The notes under the pieces: generated by a model
Seen by the model: only the letters and a program-made list of their open reading frames with translations
What the model was told of the DNA's origin: nothing
The model's database searches: none
Shown: positions 20,756 through 31,382 of the stretch, in pieces
Layout of the letters: every line of letters starts with the position of its first letter
Position numbering within the stretch: position 1 is the first letter of the stretch
Program-made: the position numbers and the translations under genes
Assembly: GCA_037927135.1 (NCBI GenBank)
Contig: JAXSPP010000001.1
Coordinates: forward strand, 224,001-288,000
Reading direction: 5' to 3'
DNA: 64,000 nucleotides
From: Candidatus Pampinifervens sinense
GTDB taxonomy: Bacteria > Aquificota > Aquificia > Aquificales > Aquificaceae

Positions 20756-21931
20756 TATCCAGACAACTACTTTGATGCAGTCATTACAGACCCACCTTAT
20801 TATGATAATGTGAATTATGCAGAGCTTTCTGACTTCTTTTATGTATGGCTAAAAAGAAGTATTGGAGATTTATATCCTGAACTATTTTCCACTCCACTCA
20901 CTCCAAAATCTCAAGAGATTGTAGCAAATCCTATTAGACATGAAAGACAAGATAGAGCAAAAAAATTCTTTGAAGATATGCTTAAAAAAGCCTTTCAAGA
21001 GATACACCGAGTTTTAAAGCCCTATGGCATTGCGGTAATTGTATATGCCCATAAATCTACGGAGGGATGGGAAACGCTTATAAACTCTCTTTTGGATTCT
21101 GGCTTGGTTATAACGGGCGCATGGCCCATAAATACGGAGATGCAGGCAAGGTTAAATGCTAAGGAGACGGCTTCTCTTTCATCATCCATCTACATAGTTG
21201 CCAGAAAGATGGAGCGCGAGCCTATTGGTATGTATAATGAGGTTAAGCATCAATTGAAAGAGCATTTGAATAGAAGGCTTGAAAGGTTATGGCAGGAGGG
21301 GATAGGTGGGGCTGACTTTTTTATATCGGCCATTGGTTCCGCCATAGAGGTCTTTGGAAAGTATGAAAAGGTTATGGACTATGAGGGCAAGCTTATACGG
21401 GCGGATAGGCTGTTGGAAGATGTGAGGAAGATAGTCACAGACTTTGTCATAAGGCAAATACTCCACAATGGTTTTTCTGGGGAGATCTCCGAGCTTACCA
21501 TGTTTTATGTGCTATACAGGTGGAACTACGGTGAGGCAAAGGTGCCTTTTGATGAGGCAAGAAAGCTTGCCACCAGTTGTGGTATAGACCTTGCCACCCA
21601 TTGGAACAAAAATAGCTTTATAAAAAAGGAGAAGGAATTTATAAAGGTGCTGGGGCCACAGGACAGGAAGATGGAAGAGCTTGAGGGTTCTACGGAGCTT
21701 GTTGATGTTTTGCATCTTGTCCTTTTGTTGTGGGAGAAGGGAAGAAGGGACGAGATGATCAGGGTGCTAAGGGAGACGGGCTTTGGAGATAGGGAGGTTT
21801 TTTACAGGGTGGCCCAAGCCATATCTGAAACATTACCGCAGGAGAGTAAAGAGAAAAAGCTTCTTGACGGCTTTTTGGTTGGAAGAGAAAGATTAAAAGA
21901 AGAGATTAGAAAGCAAGGGAGGTTGTTCTGA
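20702..21931 (+). CDS. DUF1156 methyltransferase, C-terminal catalytic part
   Basis: [51 protein letters not shown] overlap with the upstream ORF. Confidence 0.9.
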   Translation: MKSLHIPVITQFSATSLPYPDNYFDAVITDPPYYDNVNYAELSDFFYVWLKRSIGDLYPELFSTPLTPKSQEIVANPIRHERQDRAKKFFEDMLKKAFQEIHRVLKPYGIAVIVYAHKSTEGWETLINSLLDSGLVITGAWPINTEMQARLNAKETASLSSSIYIVARKMEREPIGMYNEVKHQLKEHLNRRLERLWQEGIGGADFFISAIGSAIEVFGKYEKVMDYEGKLIRADRLLEDVRKIVTDFVIRQILHNGFSGEISELTMFYVLYRWNYGEAKVPFDEARKLATSCGIDLATHWNKNSFIKKEKEFIKVLGPQDRKMEELEGSTELVDVLHLVLLLWEKGRRDEMIRVLRETGFGDREVFYRVAQAISETLPQESKEKKLLDGFLVGRERLKEEIRKQGRLF

Positions 21932-24486
21932 TGAGGCCCTTTCATACCATAGCCATACCACACAAAGACATCCTTGAAGGAAGGCTTGAGCAGGATGTTT
22001 TTGCTGCAGACCTATACGAGGTAAGTCAAGGTAGGGGCCCAGAAGAGTATAAGGACCCAGACATCTTTTTCCAAAGGACCTACCTTACGGAGGGACTAAG
22101 GAACCTTTTGAGCATGGTGGAGAGAAGATTAAAAGGCGAAGGCGGGGACCATATTATTCAGATTCAAACACCCTTTGGAGGTGGAAAAACCCACAGCCTT
22201 ATAGCCCTCTATCACAAGGCAAGGGAATGGAAAGCCAAGCCTGTGGTAATAGTAGGAACTGTTTTGGGACCGCGGGATACTCTGTGGGGAGCCTTGGAAA
22301 GGGGACTAACGGGTCAAAACACAAGGCTTACTGGCTATACTTCACCGGGTAGAGAGGCCATAAGGGAACTTCTCTTAAGCCATGAGCCTGTGCTTATTCT
22401 TATGGATGAAGTGCTTGAGTATGCGGTAAAGGCTGCCGGTCAAAGGGTGGGTGATAGCACCCTTTACGCCCAAAGCCTTGCCTTTATGCAGGAGCTTACA
22501 GAAGCGGTAAAAACCTTGGATAAAGTTTGTCTTGTGATAACTCTTCCATCCAGCCTTTTGGAACACTACGATGAGAACGCAGAAAGGTTTTATAATCAAC
22601 TTCAGAAGGTAATAGGAAGGGTAGAAAAGGTATATACACCAGTGCAAGAAGGAGAAATAGCCAAGGTTATAAAAAGGAGGCTTTTTAGCCATATTGACGA
22701 AGAGGAAGCTAAGAAGATAGTTCAGATGTTTGTGGATTATGCCCAAAAGGAAAATATACTTCCCGCGGGTATGGAGCCAAGCGAATACAGAGACAAATTT
22801 CTTGATTCCTATCCTTTTATGCCAGAGGTTTTGGATGTTCTATATCATCGTTGGGGGAGCATTCATACCTTTCAAAGAACGAGGGGTGTCTTAAGGCTTT
22901 TGTCCTTGGTCGTATATTCTTTAAAAGACAAAAACATACCCTATATCAGCCTTGCGGATTTTGACCTTTCAAACCAAGAGCTACGCCAAGAGCTTATAAA
23001 ACACATAGGAAATGAGTATAACAGCATATTGGACCAAGATATTACTGGCCATTCTGCTGGTGCCAAAAGGGTGGATAGGTCCTTGGGGAATGCCTATCAA
23101 GGTTTGAAGCTTGGAACAAGGTCTGCAAGGGTTATATTCCTTTATTCCTTTTCCAGTGGTCAGTCAAAGGGTGCTACCTTGGGAGAGATAAAAAGGTCTG
23201 CCACCACAATGAACAACCCAGCCAGCGCCGTGGTAGAAGCGGTAGAACAGCTAAAAAATAACCTCTTCTATTTACAAGCTACGGAGGATAGATACTTCTT
23301 TTCCAACATTCCTAACCTAAACAGAATATTGCTTACCAAAATGGAGAATGTAAAGGATGAGGATATAGAAAAGCTGGAAAGCGAACTGCTAAGAGGTAGA
23401 TTAAAGGGAGAAAAGCTAAAGGTATATATTTGGGTGGAGAACTCTGTCAATATTCCGGATACAGAAGACCTAAAGCTTGTAGTTTTGAGGAAAGATGATA
23501 GAAGTTTGATTGACAGTATATTAAAGAACAAGGGGTCCTCTCCGCGCATAAACAGGAATACTCTGTTCTTCCTTGTGCCTATGGAGGGGGAGAGAAATAA
23601 CTTTGAGAGAGAGGCAAGAAAAAGGATAGCTTATCAATCTATTGAAAAGGACAAGAGCCTAAACCTAAGGGAAGAACAGAAAAAGGATTTAAAGGACAAA
23701 CTAAGTAAAACGGAGGAAGTTCTTAAGGAGCTTATAAGGAAGTTATACAGGATGGTCCTTATACCCTCTAAGGATGGGGTCAAAGAGCTGGACCTTGGAG
23801 TGCCAACTTATGGGGACTCAAGGGGTATTGATGAGGAGATATATGATGCGCTAAAGACGGAAAATGAAATCATTGAAAGGCTTGACCCTTTGGTGATAAG
23901 GGAAAAGTATCTTAGGGATAATGATTTCCTTTATACGGGTAAGCTTTATGAGGCTTTCCTTAGGACGCCGGGAGAGCCAAGGCCTGTAGATAAAGAGGTT
24001 ATAGAAAGGTCCATATCTGAGGGAGTGGCCAAGGGGCTGTTTGGGCTTGGAGAGATGCTTGAGGATGGAAGGGTGGAATGCAGGTATTTTAAAGAGAGTG
24101 CGTCAGTCTATTTTTCTGAAAGAGAGGTTATTGTAAGGGCAGAGCTTTGTAAAAAGGAAGAGGAGGAAGGGGAGATAGGTTGTAGAATACCAGTAGGATC
24201 GCCGGATGTAAAAATAGATAATAAACCAGTAGAAACTATAAAACAGCCTGTAGGTAGTGCATTACTTGAAAAAAAAGCTATAAGTGGGCTTTCTTTGAGC
24301 TTTGTAATTCCAAGGGGTAAGTTGTCGGATGTGATGGGTGTGTTGAGGCTTTTAAGCGAGAGGTTTCAAAGGATTGAGTTTGAGCTTAGGGCGGTTGAGG
24401 GAGAAATATCTGAGAATGAGATAGAGGAAAGGATAAAAGAGGCCTTTAACCAGATGAAGATTGAGGTTAATATCACTCCACACTAA
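21931..24486 (+). CDS. DUF499 family AAA+ ATPase
   Basis: PHKDILEG..FAADL, FFQRTYLTEGL, Walker A TPFGGGKTHS, Walker B LILMDE, SYPFMP, FQRTRGVLRLL. Confidence 0.9.
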   Translation: MRPFHTIAIPHKDILEGRLEQDVFAADLYEVSQGRGPEEYKDPDIFFQRTYLTEGLRNLLSMVERRLKGEGGDHIIQIQTPFGGGKTHSLIALYHKAREWKAKPVVIVGTVLGPRDTLWGALERGLTGQNTRLTGYTSPGREAIRELLLSHEPVLILMDEVLEYAVKAAGQRVGDSTLYAQSLAFMQELTEAVKTLDKVCLVITLPSSLLEHYDENAERFYNQLQKVIGRVEKVYTPVQEGEIAKVIKRRLFSHIDEEEAKKIVQMFVDYAQKENILPAGMEPSEYRDKFLDSYPFMPEVLDVLYHRWGSIHTFQRTRGVLRLLSLVVYSLKDKNIPYISLADFDLSNQELRQELIKHIGNEYNSILDQDITGHSAGAKRVDRSLGNAYQGLKLGTRSARVIFLYSFSSGQSKGATLGEIKRSATTMNNPASAVVEAVEQLKNNLFYLQATEDRYFFSNIPNLNRILLTKMENVKDEDIEKLESELLRGRLKGEKLKVYIWVENSVNIPDTEDLKLVVLRKDDRSLIDSILKNKGSSPRINRNTLFFLVPMEGERNNFEREARKRIAYQSIEKDKSLNLREEQKKDLKDKLSKTEEVLKELIRKLYRMVLIPSKDGVKELDLGVPTYGDSRGIDEEIYDALKTENEIIERLDPLVIREKYLRDNDFLYTGKLYEAFLRTPGEPRPVDKEVIERSISEGVAKGLFGLGEMLEDGRVECRYFKESASVYFSEREVIVRAELCKKEEEEGEIGCRIPVGSPDVKIDNKPVETIKQPVGSALLEKKAISGLSLSFVIPRGKLSDVMGVLRLLSERFQRIEFELRAVEGEISENEIEERIKEAFNQMKIEVNITPH

Positions 24487-24961
24487 ACTTTACAGGCCTT
24501 CCCTCTTGGTCTCTTATCTCAAAAAGTAGGCCACAGCCTTCCCTATCTTCTCCCACCCTGCCTAAGGGCTGGCTTTTCTTTACCCACTCACCCCTTTTTA
24601 CCAATAGGCTACCAGCCTTTGCATAAACGTAGACAAATCTTTCATCGCTTTCTACCATAACCACCCAGCCGTAGTTTTTAATATCGTTTCCCGCATACAG
24701 AACTTTGCCCTCGCCCACGGACCTAAAATACTCTCCGCAGGCTGTGTTTATATAGTAGCCCCTATCTGTGGGCATAGCCTTTCCCTTTACTGGCAAAGGA
24801 ACCTTAAGGGCTTCCGCTGGTGGCTGATAGGTTCTCTGTGGAGCTTCCACCCTTCTTTGTGGCCTTTGCACCTCCCTTTTTGGCGTTTTGTCCCTTATCT
24901 CTATATGCACTATGCCACAGCCACTAAGGAATATAAGAGATAGGGCTATCAAAGGCTTCAT
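24473..24961 (-). CDS. M23-family (NlpD-like) lipoprotein, probably catalytically degenerate
   Basis: Lipobox LSGC; GKVLYAG...YGWVVMV...YVYA...VKRG...LLFEIR; HxxxD/HxH motifs absent. Confidence 0.75.
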   Translation of the reverse strand: MKPLIALSLIFLSGCGIVHIEIRDKTPKREVQRPQRRVEAPQRTYQPPAEALKVPLPVKGKAMPTDRGYYINTACGEYFRSVGEGKVLYAGNDIKNYGWVVMVESDERFVYVYAKAGSLLVKRGEWVKKSQPLGRVGEDREGCGLLFEIRDQEGRPVKFSVE

Positions 24962-26447
24962 TTTCAATAAGATTATAAGCCTCTGGAATAGCTTCCACAA
25001 GGTCAAGGGCCCTTAGGCTCTCCTTGTGCCTTTTCCTTTCCGCTATCTCTCCAGCCAAGCCGTGTAAAAAGACTCCAAGCCGTAGGGCCTCTTCCGTTGG
25101 CATGCCCCTGCCAAGGAGGGCCACAAGGATGCCAGATAACACATCTCCCACTCCCCCCTTTGCCATGGCTGGTGTGCCTCTGATGGAAAGGTAGGCCCTT
25201 CCCTCCGGTGTGGCTATGACGGTCCTTGAAGACTTTAGCACAAGGTAGCATCCGTATTTTACCGCAAAGTCTTGGGCCACATCTATTAGGTTTTCCACTA
25301 TGTAATCCTTCCTTAGCCCGCTTAGCCTTTCAAACTCTCCCACATGGGGCGTCAAAACAGTGATGCCCTTCCTCTCTTTTAGCACTTCCACGCCAAGGTC
25401 CGCAAGGTTGTTAAGGCCATCTGCGTCTATAAGAAGGGGCCTCTCAAGGCCAAGCAAAAGCTCTCTTATGATAAGCCTTCCCTCTTGGTATCTGTCCATG
25501 CCCATGCCAACGGCCACGGCGGAAAACCTGCTTTGGATTTCAAGCACCTCTTTTACAGCCTCCACCGAAAGCCTTCCCTTGCCCCCTAATGGTATGCTCA
25601 TCTCCTCCACAAGGCTTGATTCAAAGATGGAGTTTAAATCTTCTGGGATGCCAACGCTTACAAGCCCAGCACCTGTCCTTGTGGAGGCCCTTGCGCTCAT
25701 GATCACCGCCCCAGTCTTTCCAGTGCTTCCCCCAATTATAAGCACATGGCCCATAAGGCCCTTATGCACGTCTGGTTCCCTTTTGGGTGGGTTTGTCTTC
25801 AAAAGCACTTCCCTCTTTATCTCCTGCGCAAGCCATGTGGGTATGCCTATGTTTGCCACATAAAGCCTTCCACACCTTTTGGCAGAAGGATATAGAAGGT
25901 GGCACACCTTAGGAAATTGGAAGGTAACGGTTATGTCTGCCTTTACAGAAGGCTCGTATTCCTTTGCGCTGTCTGCGGAGAGGCCAGAGGGTATGTCTAC
26001 GGAGACCACGGGAAGGTGAGAGTTGTTTATAAGTTCAATCCATCTGAGGGCCTCTCCCCTCACGGGTGGTTCAAAGCCTGTGCCAAAGAGGGCATCCACC
26101 ACAAGGTCAAAGTCTTTAAAATCCACCTCTCTTAGAGGCTCAAGACCAAGGCTTTTTAGGATTTTTAGCTGTAGGCCTGCATCTCCCTTTAAATCCTCTC
26201 CCAGGGCAAGCACATAGCCCACCTTGTAGCCCAAAAGGTATAAGTGCCTTGCCACCACAAGTCCATCTCCGCCGTTGTTGCCCTTGCCTGCCACCACAAG
26301 TACCCTTTTTACATGCGGAAACTCACGCCTTATGGCTTCAACTACTGAGAGGCCAGCCTTTTCCATAAGCAAAATAGAAGGCACACCAAGGCCCTCTATG
26401 GTCCTTTGGTCCAAAAGTTGCATCTCTTTGGCCTTTAGGACCTTCAT
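24924..26447 (-). CDS. nnr: Bifunctional NAD(P)H-hydrate epimerase/dehydratase
   Basis: [44 protein letters not shown]. Confidence 0.92.
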   Translation of the reverse strand: MKVLKAKEMQLLDQRTIEGLGVPSILLMEKAGLSVVEAIRREFPHVKRVLVVAGKGNNGGDGLVVARHLYLLGYKVGYVLALGEDLKGDAGLQLKILKSLGLEPLREVDFKDFDLVVDALFGTGFEPPVRGEALRWIELINNSHLPVVSVDIPSGLSADSAKEYEPSVKADITVTFQFPKVCHLLYPSAKRCGRLYVANIGIPTWLAQEIKREVLLKTNPPKREPDVHKGLMGHVLIIGGSTGKTGAVIMSARASTRTGAGLVSVGIPEDLNSIFESSLVEEMSIPLGGKGRLSVEAVKEVLEIQSRFSAVAVGMGMDRYQEGRLIIRELLLGLERPLLIDADGLNNLADLGVEVLKERKGITVLTPHVGEFERLSGLRKDYIVENLIDVAQDFAVKYGCYLVLKSSRTVIATPEGRAYLSIRGTPAMAKGGVGDVLSGILVALLGRGMPTEEALRLGVFLHGLAGEIAERKRHKESLRALDLVEAIPEAYNLIENEAFDSPISYIP

Positions 26448-28504
26448 CAGACCTTTATTGGCAGTCTGTTTACCTTTATGCCGTAGGCCCAAAGCAAGGC
26501 GTTGGCTACCGCCGGTGCTATGGGTGGGAGTCCCGGCTCTCCCACTCCACCCATCTCACGCTTAGAGTTGAGTATATACACCTCCACCTTGGGGGCCTCA
26601 TCCATCCTCAGTATTTCATACCCGCTGAAGTTGGTGTTTGCCACACCACCACCTTTAAAGCTTACTCCCTCCTTCAAGGCCATGCTGAGGCCCATCATTA
26701 TGGCACCTTCCACTTGAGATTTAATCAGGTCCGGATGGACCGTTATGGGACCCACATCTATTACAGCCACCACCCTATGGACCCTTACCTTTCCCTTTTC
26801 AAGGGACACCTCCGCCACATGGCAGGCATGACTTCCGAAAGAGTAGTGGTAGGCTATGCCAAGGTTTCTTTTCTTGCCCCAGCCCGACTTTTCCATGGCA
26901 GTTTGGACCACCCTGTAGGCCACAGGGTTATGCTTCAAAAGCCTTAGCCTAAGCTCTGCAGGGTCCTGTCTTGTCTGGTAGGCTATACGGTCAATCATGG
27001 TTTCAAGGCTAAAGGCGTTATGGGTGGAGCCCACAGACCTCCAAAACCAAACGCTCACCGGAAGCTCCACATCCACCCTTTCCACATATAGGTTTGGTAT
27101 CTGATAGGGTGTGTTTGCCACACCTTCCACAGAGGCCCTGCCACCAAGCAAGGGTTGGACCGCTATCTTAAAGATCAAGGAGTTCAAGTTTCCGTCTTTG
27201 TCCGCCGAGGCCTTAATGTGGGTTATGCTGTAGGGCCTAAAGTAGCCAGACCTTATATCGTCCTCCCTTGTGTATATGAGCTTTACTGGCCTTTTTAGCC
27301 TTTTGGATATCTCAAGGGCTTCCGCCACAAACTCCACGTTTGCCTTCCTCCCAAAGCCACCACCCAAGTATGTGGTCATTATCTTTATCTTGCTCTCTGG
27401 AAGCCCGCTTATCCTCTTGGCAGTCTCTAAAGCCCATGTCTGGGACTGAATGGGTGCATAGACTATGCATTCATCCTCCTTCACCCAGGCAAGGCAGGCC
27501 ATAGGCTCCATGGTAGCATGGTATAGGTAGGGCTGTATGTAGGTCTCCTCCACCTTTATGGGTGATTCTTCAAAGACCTTTTGCGGGCTTCCCTTTACCC
27601 TTACCACTTCCCCCCTATCCTTTAGCTTTTGCAAAAAGTATCTTTCAAAGTCCCTGTCTTCCCAGCCCTTTACAAAGCTCTCGCTCCACTCTACTTTTAG
27701 GCTCTGCCTTGCCTTCTGGCATGCCCAAAAGGACTCTCCGCATATTGCTACGCCTGTGGAAATAGGGAATATATCTACCACCTCCGGCAGTCTCCTTGCA
27801 GATGTGGCATCTACCTTCAAAGGTCTTGCGCCAAAGTAGGGAGGCCTTTCCACTACCGCATAGACCATGCCCTCCAAAAAGCTGTCTATGCCGAATATAG
27901 CACTCCCTTCCACCTTCTCTGGCACATCAACCCTTGGTACAGATTTACCTATGTATATAAACTCCTCAGGTGTCTTTAGCCTTGGCTTGGGTGGTATGGG
28001 TTCTTTTATGGCAAGGTCCACAAAGTCCCCGTAAGGGTAGCTTTTTCCCTCCACCATTATAAAGCCATTTTTTGCATTTATCTTTTCCCTTGGCACTTTT
28101 AGGCTTTTGCTGGCAGAGGTTATTATCATCTCCCTCATGCTTGCGCCCGCAAGCCTTAGCACCTCATACATGTTCCTCACGCTTGTGCTTCCACCAGTTA
28201 GCTGTATGCCCATCTTTGGGTCCACATAGGCCCTTCCCGCCGGCGCAGGCCTAACTCTTACCCTCTCCCAAGGAAAGTCCAGCTCTTCTGCCACAAGCAT
28301 GGCAAGGCCTGTATAAACACCCTGCCCCATCTCAGACTTGTTTACAAAGACTGTAAGGTAGTTGTCCCTTGATATGTTTACCCATAGGTTGGGTGCATAC
28401 CTTCTGGGAAGCTCCTGTGCCTTTAAAACCTTGTATCCTTCCGGAGTTAGCATTACACAAAGGGTCAAGCCACCAGCCTTTATAAGGTCTCTCCTTGTAA
28501 TCAT
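26447..28504 (-). CDS. Xanthine-oxidase-family molybdopterin subunit (IorB-like), Tat signal
   Basis: TRRDLIK, SEMGQG, TGGSTS, GGGFGRK, WRSVG, GGVGEPG. Confidence 0.9.
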   Translation of the reverse strand: MITRRDLIKAGGLTLCVMLTPEGYKVLKAQELPRRYAPNLWVNISRDNYLTVFVNKSEMGQGVYTGLAMLVAEELDFPWERVRVRPAPAGRAYVDPKMGIQLTGGSTSVRNMYEVLRLAGASMREMIITSASKSLKVPREKINAKNGFIMVEGKSYPYGDFVDLAIKEPIPPKPRLKTPEEFIYIGKSVPRVDVPEKVEGSAIFGIDSFLEGMVYAVVERPPYFGARPLKVDATSARRLPEVVDIFPISTGVAICGESFWACQKARQSLKVEWSESFVKGWEDRDFERYFLQKLKDRGEVVRVKGSPQKVFEESPIKVEETYIQPYLYHATMEPMACLAWVKEDECIVYAPIQSQTWALETAKRISGLPESKIKIMTTYLGGGFGRKANVEFVAEALEISKRLKRPVKLIYTREDDIRSGYFRPYSITHIKASADKDGNLNSLIFKIAVQPLLGGRASVEGVANTPYQIPNLYVERVDVELPVSVWFWRSVGSTHNAFSLETMIDRIAYQTRQDPAELRLRLLKHNPVAYRVVQTAMEKSGWGKKRNLGIAYHYSFGSHACHVAEVSLEKGKVRVHRVVAVIDVGPITVHPDLIKSQVEGAIMMGLSMALKEGVSFKGGGVANTNFSGYEILRMDEAPKVEVYILNSKREMGGVGEPGLPPIAPAVANALLWAYGIKVNRLPIKV

Positions 28505-28962
28505 GCCTTACCTCCCCTTATTGCCCTTTCTACCGCGCTTATTATCCTGTTGTAGGTCCCGCACCTACAGATATGGGATGAGAGCCTTTGGACTATCTGG
28601 TCCCTTGTGGGTCTTGGGTTTTCAAGAAGCAAAGCATAAGCCTCCATTATCTGTCCTGGCTGGCAGTAGCCACATTGGGGCACCTGAAGCTCTATCCAAG
28701 CCCGTTTTAGAGGGTGGTTTGAGGGAATGCCCTCTATGGTTATTATCTCCTTTCCTACAGCGGAAGACACTGGCACAAGGCAGGACCTTTGGGCCCTTTT
28801 GTCTATAAGCACAGTACAGGCACCGCACAGGCCCATGCCACAGCCAAACTTGGTGCCTGTAAGCCTTAGCCTCTCCCTTATGACCCAAAGAAGAGGCTCA
28901 TCCTCGTAGGCTTTCACTTTGTATAGCTTGCCGTTTATCTTTAGCTCAAAATTCTTCACCAT
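28501..28962 (-). CDS. (2Fe-2S)-binding small subunit (IorA-like)
   Basis: GTKFGCGMGLCGAC, QCGYCQPG, CRCGTY. Confidence 0.93.
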   Translation of the reverse strand: MVKNFELKINGKLYKVKAYEDEPLLWVIRERLRLTGTKFGCGMGLCGACTVLIDKRAQRSCLVPVSSAVGKEIITIEGIPSNHPLKRAWIELQVPQCGYCQPGQIMEAYALLLENPRPTRDQIVQRLSSHICRCGTYNRIISAVERAIRGGKA

Positions 28963-29513
28963 GGAAACTTACCCCCAAAGCTTCTTATATGTTCTATAAG
29001 CTCCTTCCTTCCATCGTGAAGGACTGCCACATACTGGGCAAGCCTCTCACCAAGCCTCATACAGGCTTCCTTTTCTTCCTCCGTCCTTGGCTCTCCAGCC
29101 ACCACAGCCCCATAATGCAAGGTGAACTTTTTCCCCACATAGTCTGTGAGGCCAAAGACCAAAAAACCGTAGTTTATGAGCATATATAGGACAGAAAGAC
29201 AGGCCACTTCATTGCCACCGCCCCAACCGCCGGAGGAGGAGAAGGCACAGCCTATCTTGCCGTCAATGGTGCCCCAAAGGTCTCCCATCACATCATCAAA
29301 GAACCTCTTTAGCCTCCAAGAGACTATGCCCATATGGGTTGGCGTGCCTACCGCAAGACCATGGCACCAAAGGATATCTTCCTTTGTGGCCTCCTCCACA
29401 TACTTTAGTCTTACTTCTGTACCTTCCACCCTTCTTGCCCCCTCTGCTACAAGCTCGGCCATCCTTTTTGTATTCCCAGTTCTGCTATCGTAGATAATTA
29501 GTACGTTGCCCAT
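28956..29513 (-). CDS. Flavodoxin-like / WrbA-type NAD(P)H:quinone oxidoreductase
   Basis: YDSRTGNTKRMA, GTPTHMG, FSSSGGWGGG; start MGNVLII at 29513. Confidence 0.88.
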   Translation of the reverse strand: MGNVLIIYDSRTGNTKRMAELVAEGARRVEGTEVRLKYVEEATKEDILWCHGLAVGTPTHMGIVSWRLKRFFDDVMGDLWGTIDGKIGCAFSSSGGWGGGNEVACLSVLYMLINYGFLVFGLTDYVGKKFTLHYGAVVAGEPRTEEEKEACMRLGERLAQYVAVLHDGRKELIEHIRSFGGKFPW

Positions 29514-29547
29514 CCTTTCCCTCCTTTGCCTTATAATTTTAATCAAA

Positions 29548-29619
29548 GGGGACGTAGCTCAGTGGGAGAGCGCCTGCATCGCAAGCAGGAGGTCGGGGGT
29601 TCAAATCCCCTCGTCTCCA
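29548..29619 (+). tRNA. tRNA-Ala (CGC), CCA not encoded
   Basis: GGGGACG/CGTCTCC acceptor with G3:U70, anticodon arm CCTGC-ATCGCAA-GCAGG, GGTTCAAATCC T-arm. Confidence 0.96.
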
Positions 29620-29620
29620 C

Positions 29621-30634
29621 TTATAAACACATGTAATAGGACCCACTCCTGAATATCTTCCCATCCATCTCAAGCTGTAAAAGCCTTGCAGATAGCTCGG
29701 AGGGTGAAAGCCTTGTAATCTCCAATAGCTCATCAAAGGTTTTAGGTGTTGTCAAGAGGTCAATTAAAGGGTCGTCAAAGGATGAAGAGGAGGGGAGGTC
29801 TTCAAAGAGAAGGGCTGGGCTATACAGAACCTTAGCCTTCCCTTCATTGACAAGCTTTATACATCCAATCCACCTCTGACTTAAGACGTTGCCTATGTAT
29901 ACCCACAGTGGCCTTCTCTGTCTTACAGCATAGTTGGCTGTTATCAAGGCTCCACTCTTTTCTCCTGCCTCTGCTACCACCAGCGCCTTTGAAATACCGC
30001 TTATAAGCCTGTTCCTCCTTGGGAAGGTGTATTCTTCAGGTGGTGTATCGGGTAAGAATTCGGAAAAGAAGAGTATATTGTCCCCCTCAAGCCTTTTAAG
30101 GTAGGGTGGCATCCTTAGTATGCCCATACCAAGAAAGCATACCGTATAACCACCACAGGCCAAACACTCCTTGTGGCTATAAAAATCACAGCCTATAGCA
30201 CCACCAGAACACACACCATACCCCCTTCTTACAACCTCTTTAACCAAGCCTCTTATAAAGCCTAAGCTTTGGCCGTCTGGCCTCCTTGTGCCCACCACAC
30301 CAATAAGCGGTATGCTTCTGATATTACCCCTGTAGAAGAGTACAGGGGGTGGGTCTTCTATCTCCTTAAGGGAGGAGGGATATTCCTCGTCCTCTAAGGT
30401 AAGCCAGCCTATCTCCTCCCTTTCCACCACCTTTATGACCTCTTCAGGGTCAAAGGTAAGCTCCTTCCTCTCTATGGCCTTTGCCTTTTCTTCACCTACC
30501 ACCACCCTTAGATCTTCGTAGGTTGCAGAAAGTATTTCCTGCGCTGATCCAAAGTAAAGCCAAAGCTTTTTTATTGATACCTCCCCAAGCCCCCTTATGG
30601 CCTTCAAAAAAAGCCAACTATAAAGCCTCTGCAT
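29621..30634 (-). CDS. dprA: DNA-processing protein DprA
   Basis: YPSSLKEIEDPPPVLF, VVGTR, SGGAIGCD, FPRRNRLISG, EAGEKSGALITA, C-terminal wHTH. Confidence 0.93.
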   Translation of the reverse strand: MQRLYSWLFLKAIRGLGEVSIKKLWLYFGSAQEILSATYEDLRVVVGEEKAKAIERKELTFDPEEVIKVVEREEIGWLTLEDEEYPSSLKEIEDPPPVLFYRGNIRSIPLIGVVGTRRPDGQSLGFIRGLVKEVVRRGYGVCSGGAIGCDFYSHKECLACGGYTVCFLGMGILRMPPYLKRLEGDNILFFSEFLPDTPPEEYTFPRRNRLISGISKALVVAEAGEKSGALITANYAVRQRRPLWVYIGNVLSQRWIGCIKLVNEGKAKVLYSPALLFEDLPSSSSFDDPLIDLLTTPKTFDELLEITRLSPSELSARLLQLEMDGKIFRSGSYYMCL

Positions 30635-31382
30635 CTATCCAACAGCCTAAAAGATGGCCAAAGCTGTCAAAAAAGGATCTTACAACCCACTCATCCTCTT
30701 GAATCTCCACACATAGCCTACCCTCTAGCCTCCCAACCCTCACACCCTCCTTTAGCCTCTCTGGCACCAAAGAAAACAGCTTCTGATTTATGGCATGGGA
30801 CACTCCCCAAACTTCGGAAAGGTCAAGCCTTTTTGTGCTCACTATGAGTTTGAAGCCATCTTCCGTAAGGAAGGCACCTAAGGCCAAAAGCCTATCTTTT
30901 ATATAATCCCCTATGCTACCTTCCGACAACACCTTCACACCAACCCCATCAAGGCCTTTGGCCCATTGGGATTTACCACCAGACTTTTCCAAAAGCCTTA
31001 CCTCCTCTATAACCATGCTATCATCCATCCCCTTACACATATCGTATATGGTAAGAAGGGCTACACTTACAGCGGTCAAGGCCTCCATCTCGTAGCCTGT
31101 CATGTTAACACCCTTTACGAAGGAGAAAACCTCTATAAAATCCTTTCCTACCTTCACTTCCAGCTCCACATGCTGAAAGCTTACAGGATGACAGAAGGGT
31201 AAAAGCTCAGAGGTCTTCTTTGAAGCCATAATACCCGCAAGCCTACAGGAGGAAAGCACATCACCCTTAGGCACCCTCCCTTCCCTTATTGCCCTAACCG
31301 TCTCCTCCTTTAGTCTTATCCTACCGTAGGCCTTTGCAGACCTTAACGTTTCTGGCTTTAGGCTGACGTCTATCGTCTTCAT
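30618..31382 (-). CDS. moaC: Cyclic pyranopterin monophosphate synthase MoaC with C-terminal extension
   Basis: KGDVL..AGIMASKKTSELLPFCHP, TGYEMEALTA, IYDMCK, LEKSGGKS. Confidence 0.9.
   Translation of the reverse strand: MKTIDVSLKPETLRSAKAYGRIRLKEETVRAIREGRVPKGDVLSSCRLAGIMASKKTSELLPFCHPVSFQHVELEVKVGKDFIEVFSFVKGVNMTGYEMEALTAVSVALLTIYDMCKGMDDSMVIEEVRLLEKSGGKSQWAKGLDGVGVKVLSEGSIGDYIKDRLLALGAFLTEDGFKLIVSTKRLDLSEVWGVSHAINQKLFSLVPERLKEGVRVGRLEGRLCVEIQEDEWVVRSFFDSFGHLLGCWIDAEAL

Larger units (their letters stand above)
15788..24486 (+). other. Putative anti-phage restriction-like operon (SNF2-DUF3883, split DUF1156 MTase, DUF499 ATPase)
   Basis: Four overlapping co-oriented ORFs on + inside a run of minus-strand housekeeping genes. 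Confidence 0.8.

Noticed and set aside
15741-24475. Short ATTAACC/GGTTAAT inverted match at the defence operon ends
   Set aside because: Only 7 bp of AT-rich sequence; expected by chance
25360-25863. Long antisense or alternate-frame ORFs (e.g. 25360-25863, 35235-35696, 28362-28808, 37638-38051)
   Set aside because: Shadows of well-supported genes, with Ser/Pro/Leu-rich low-information translations
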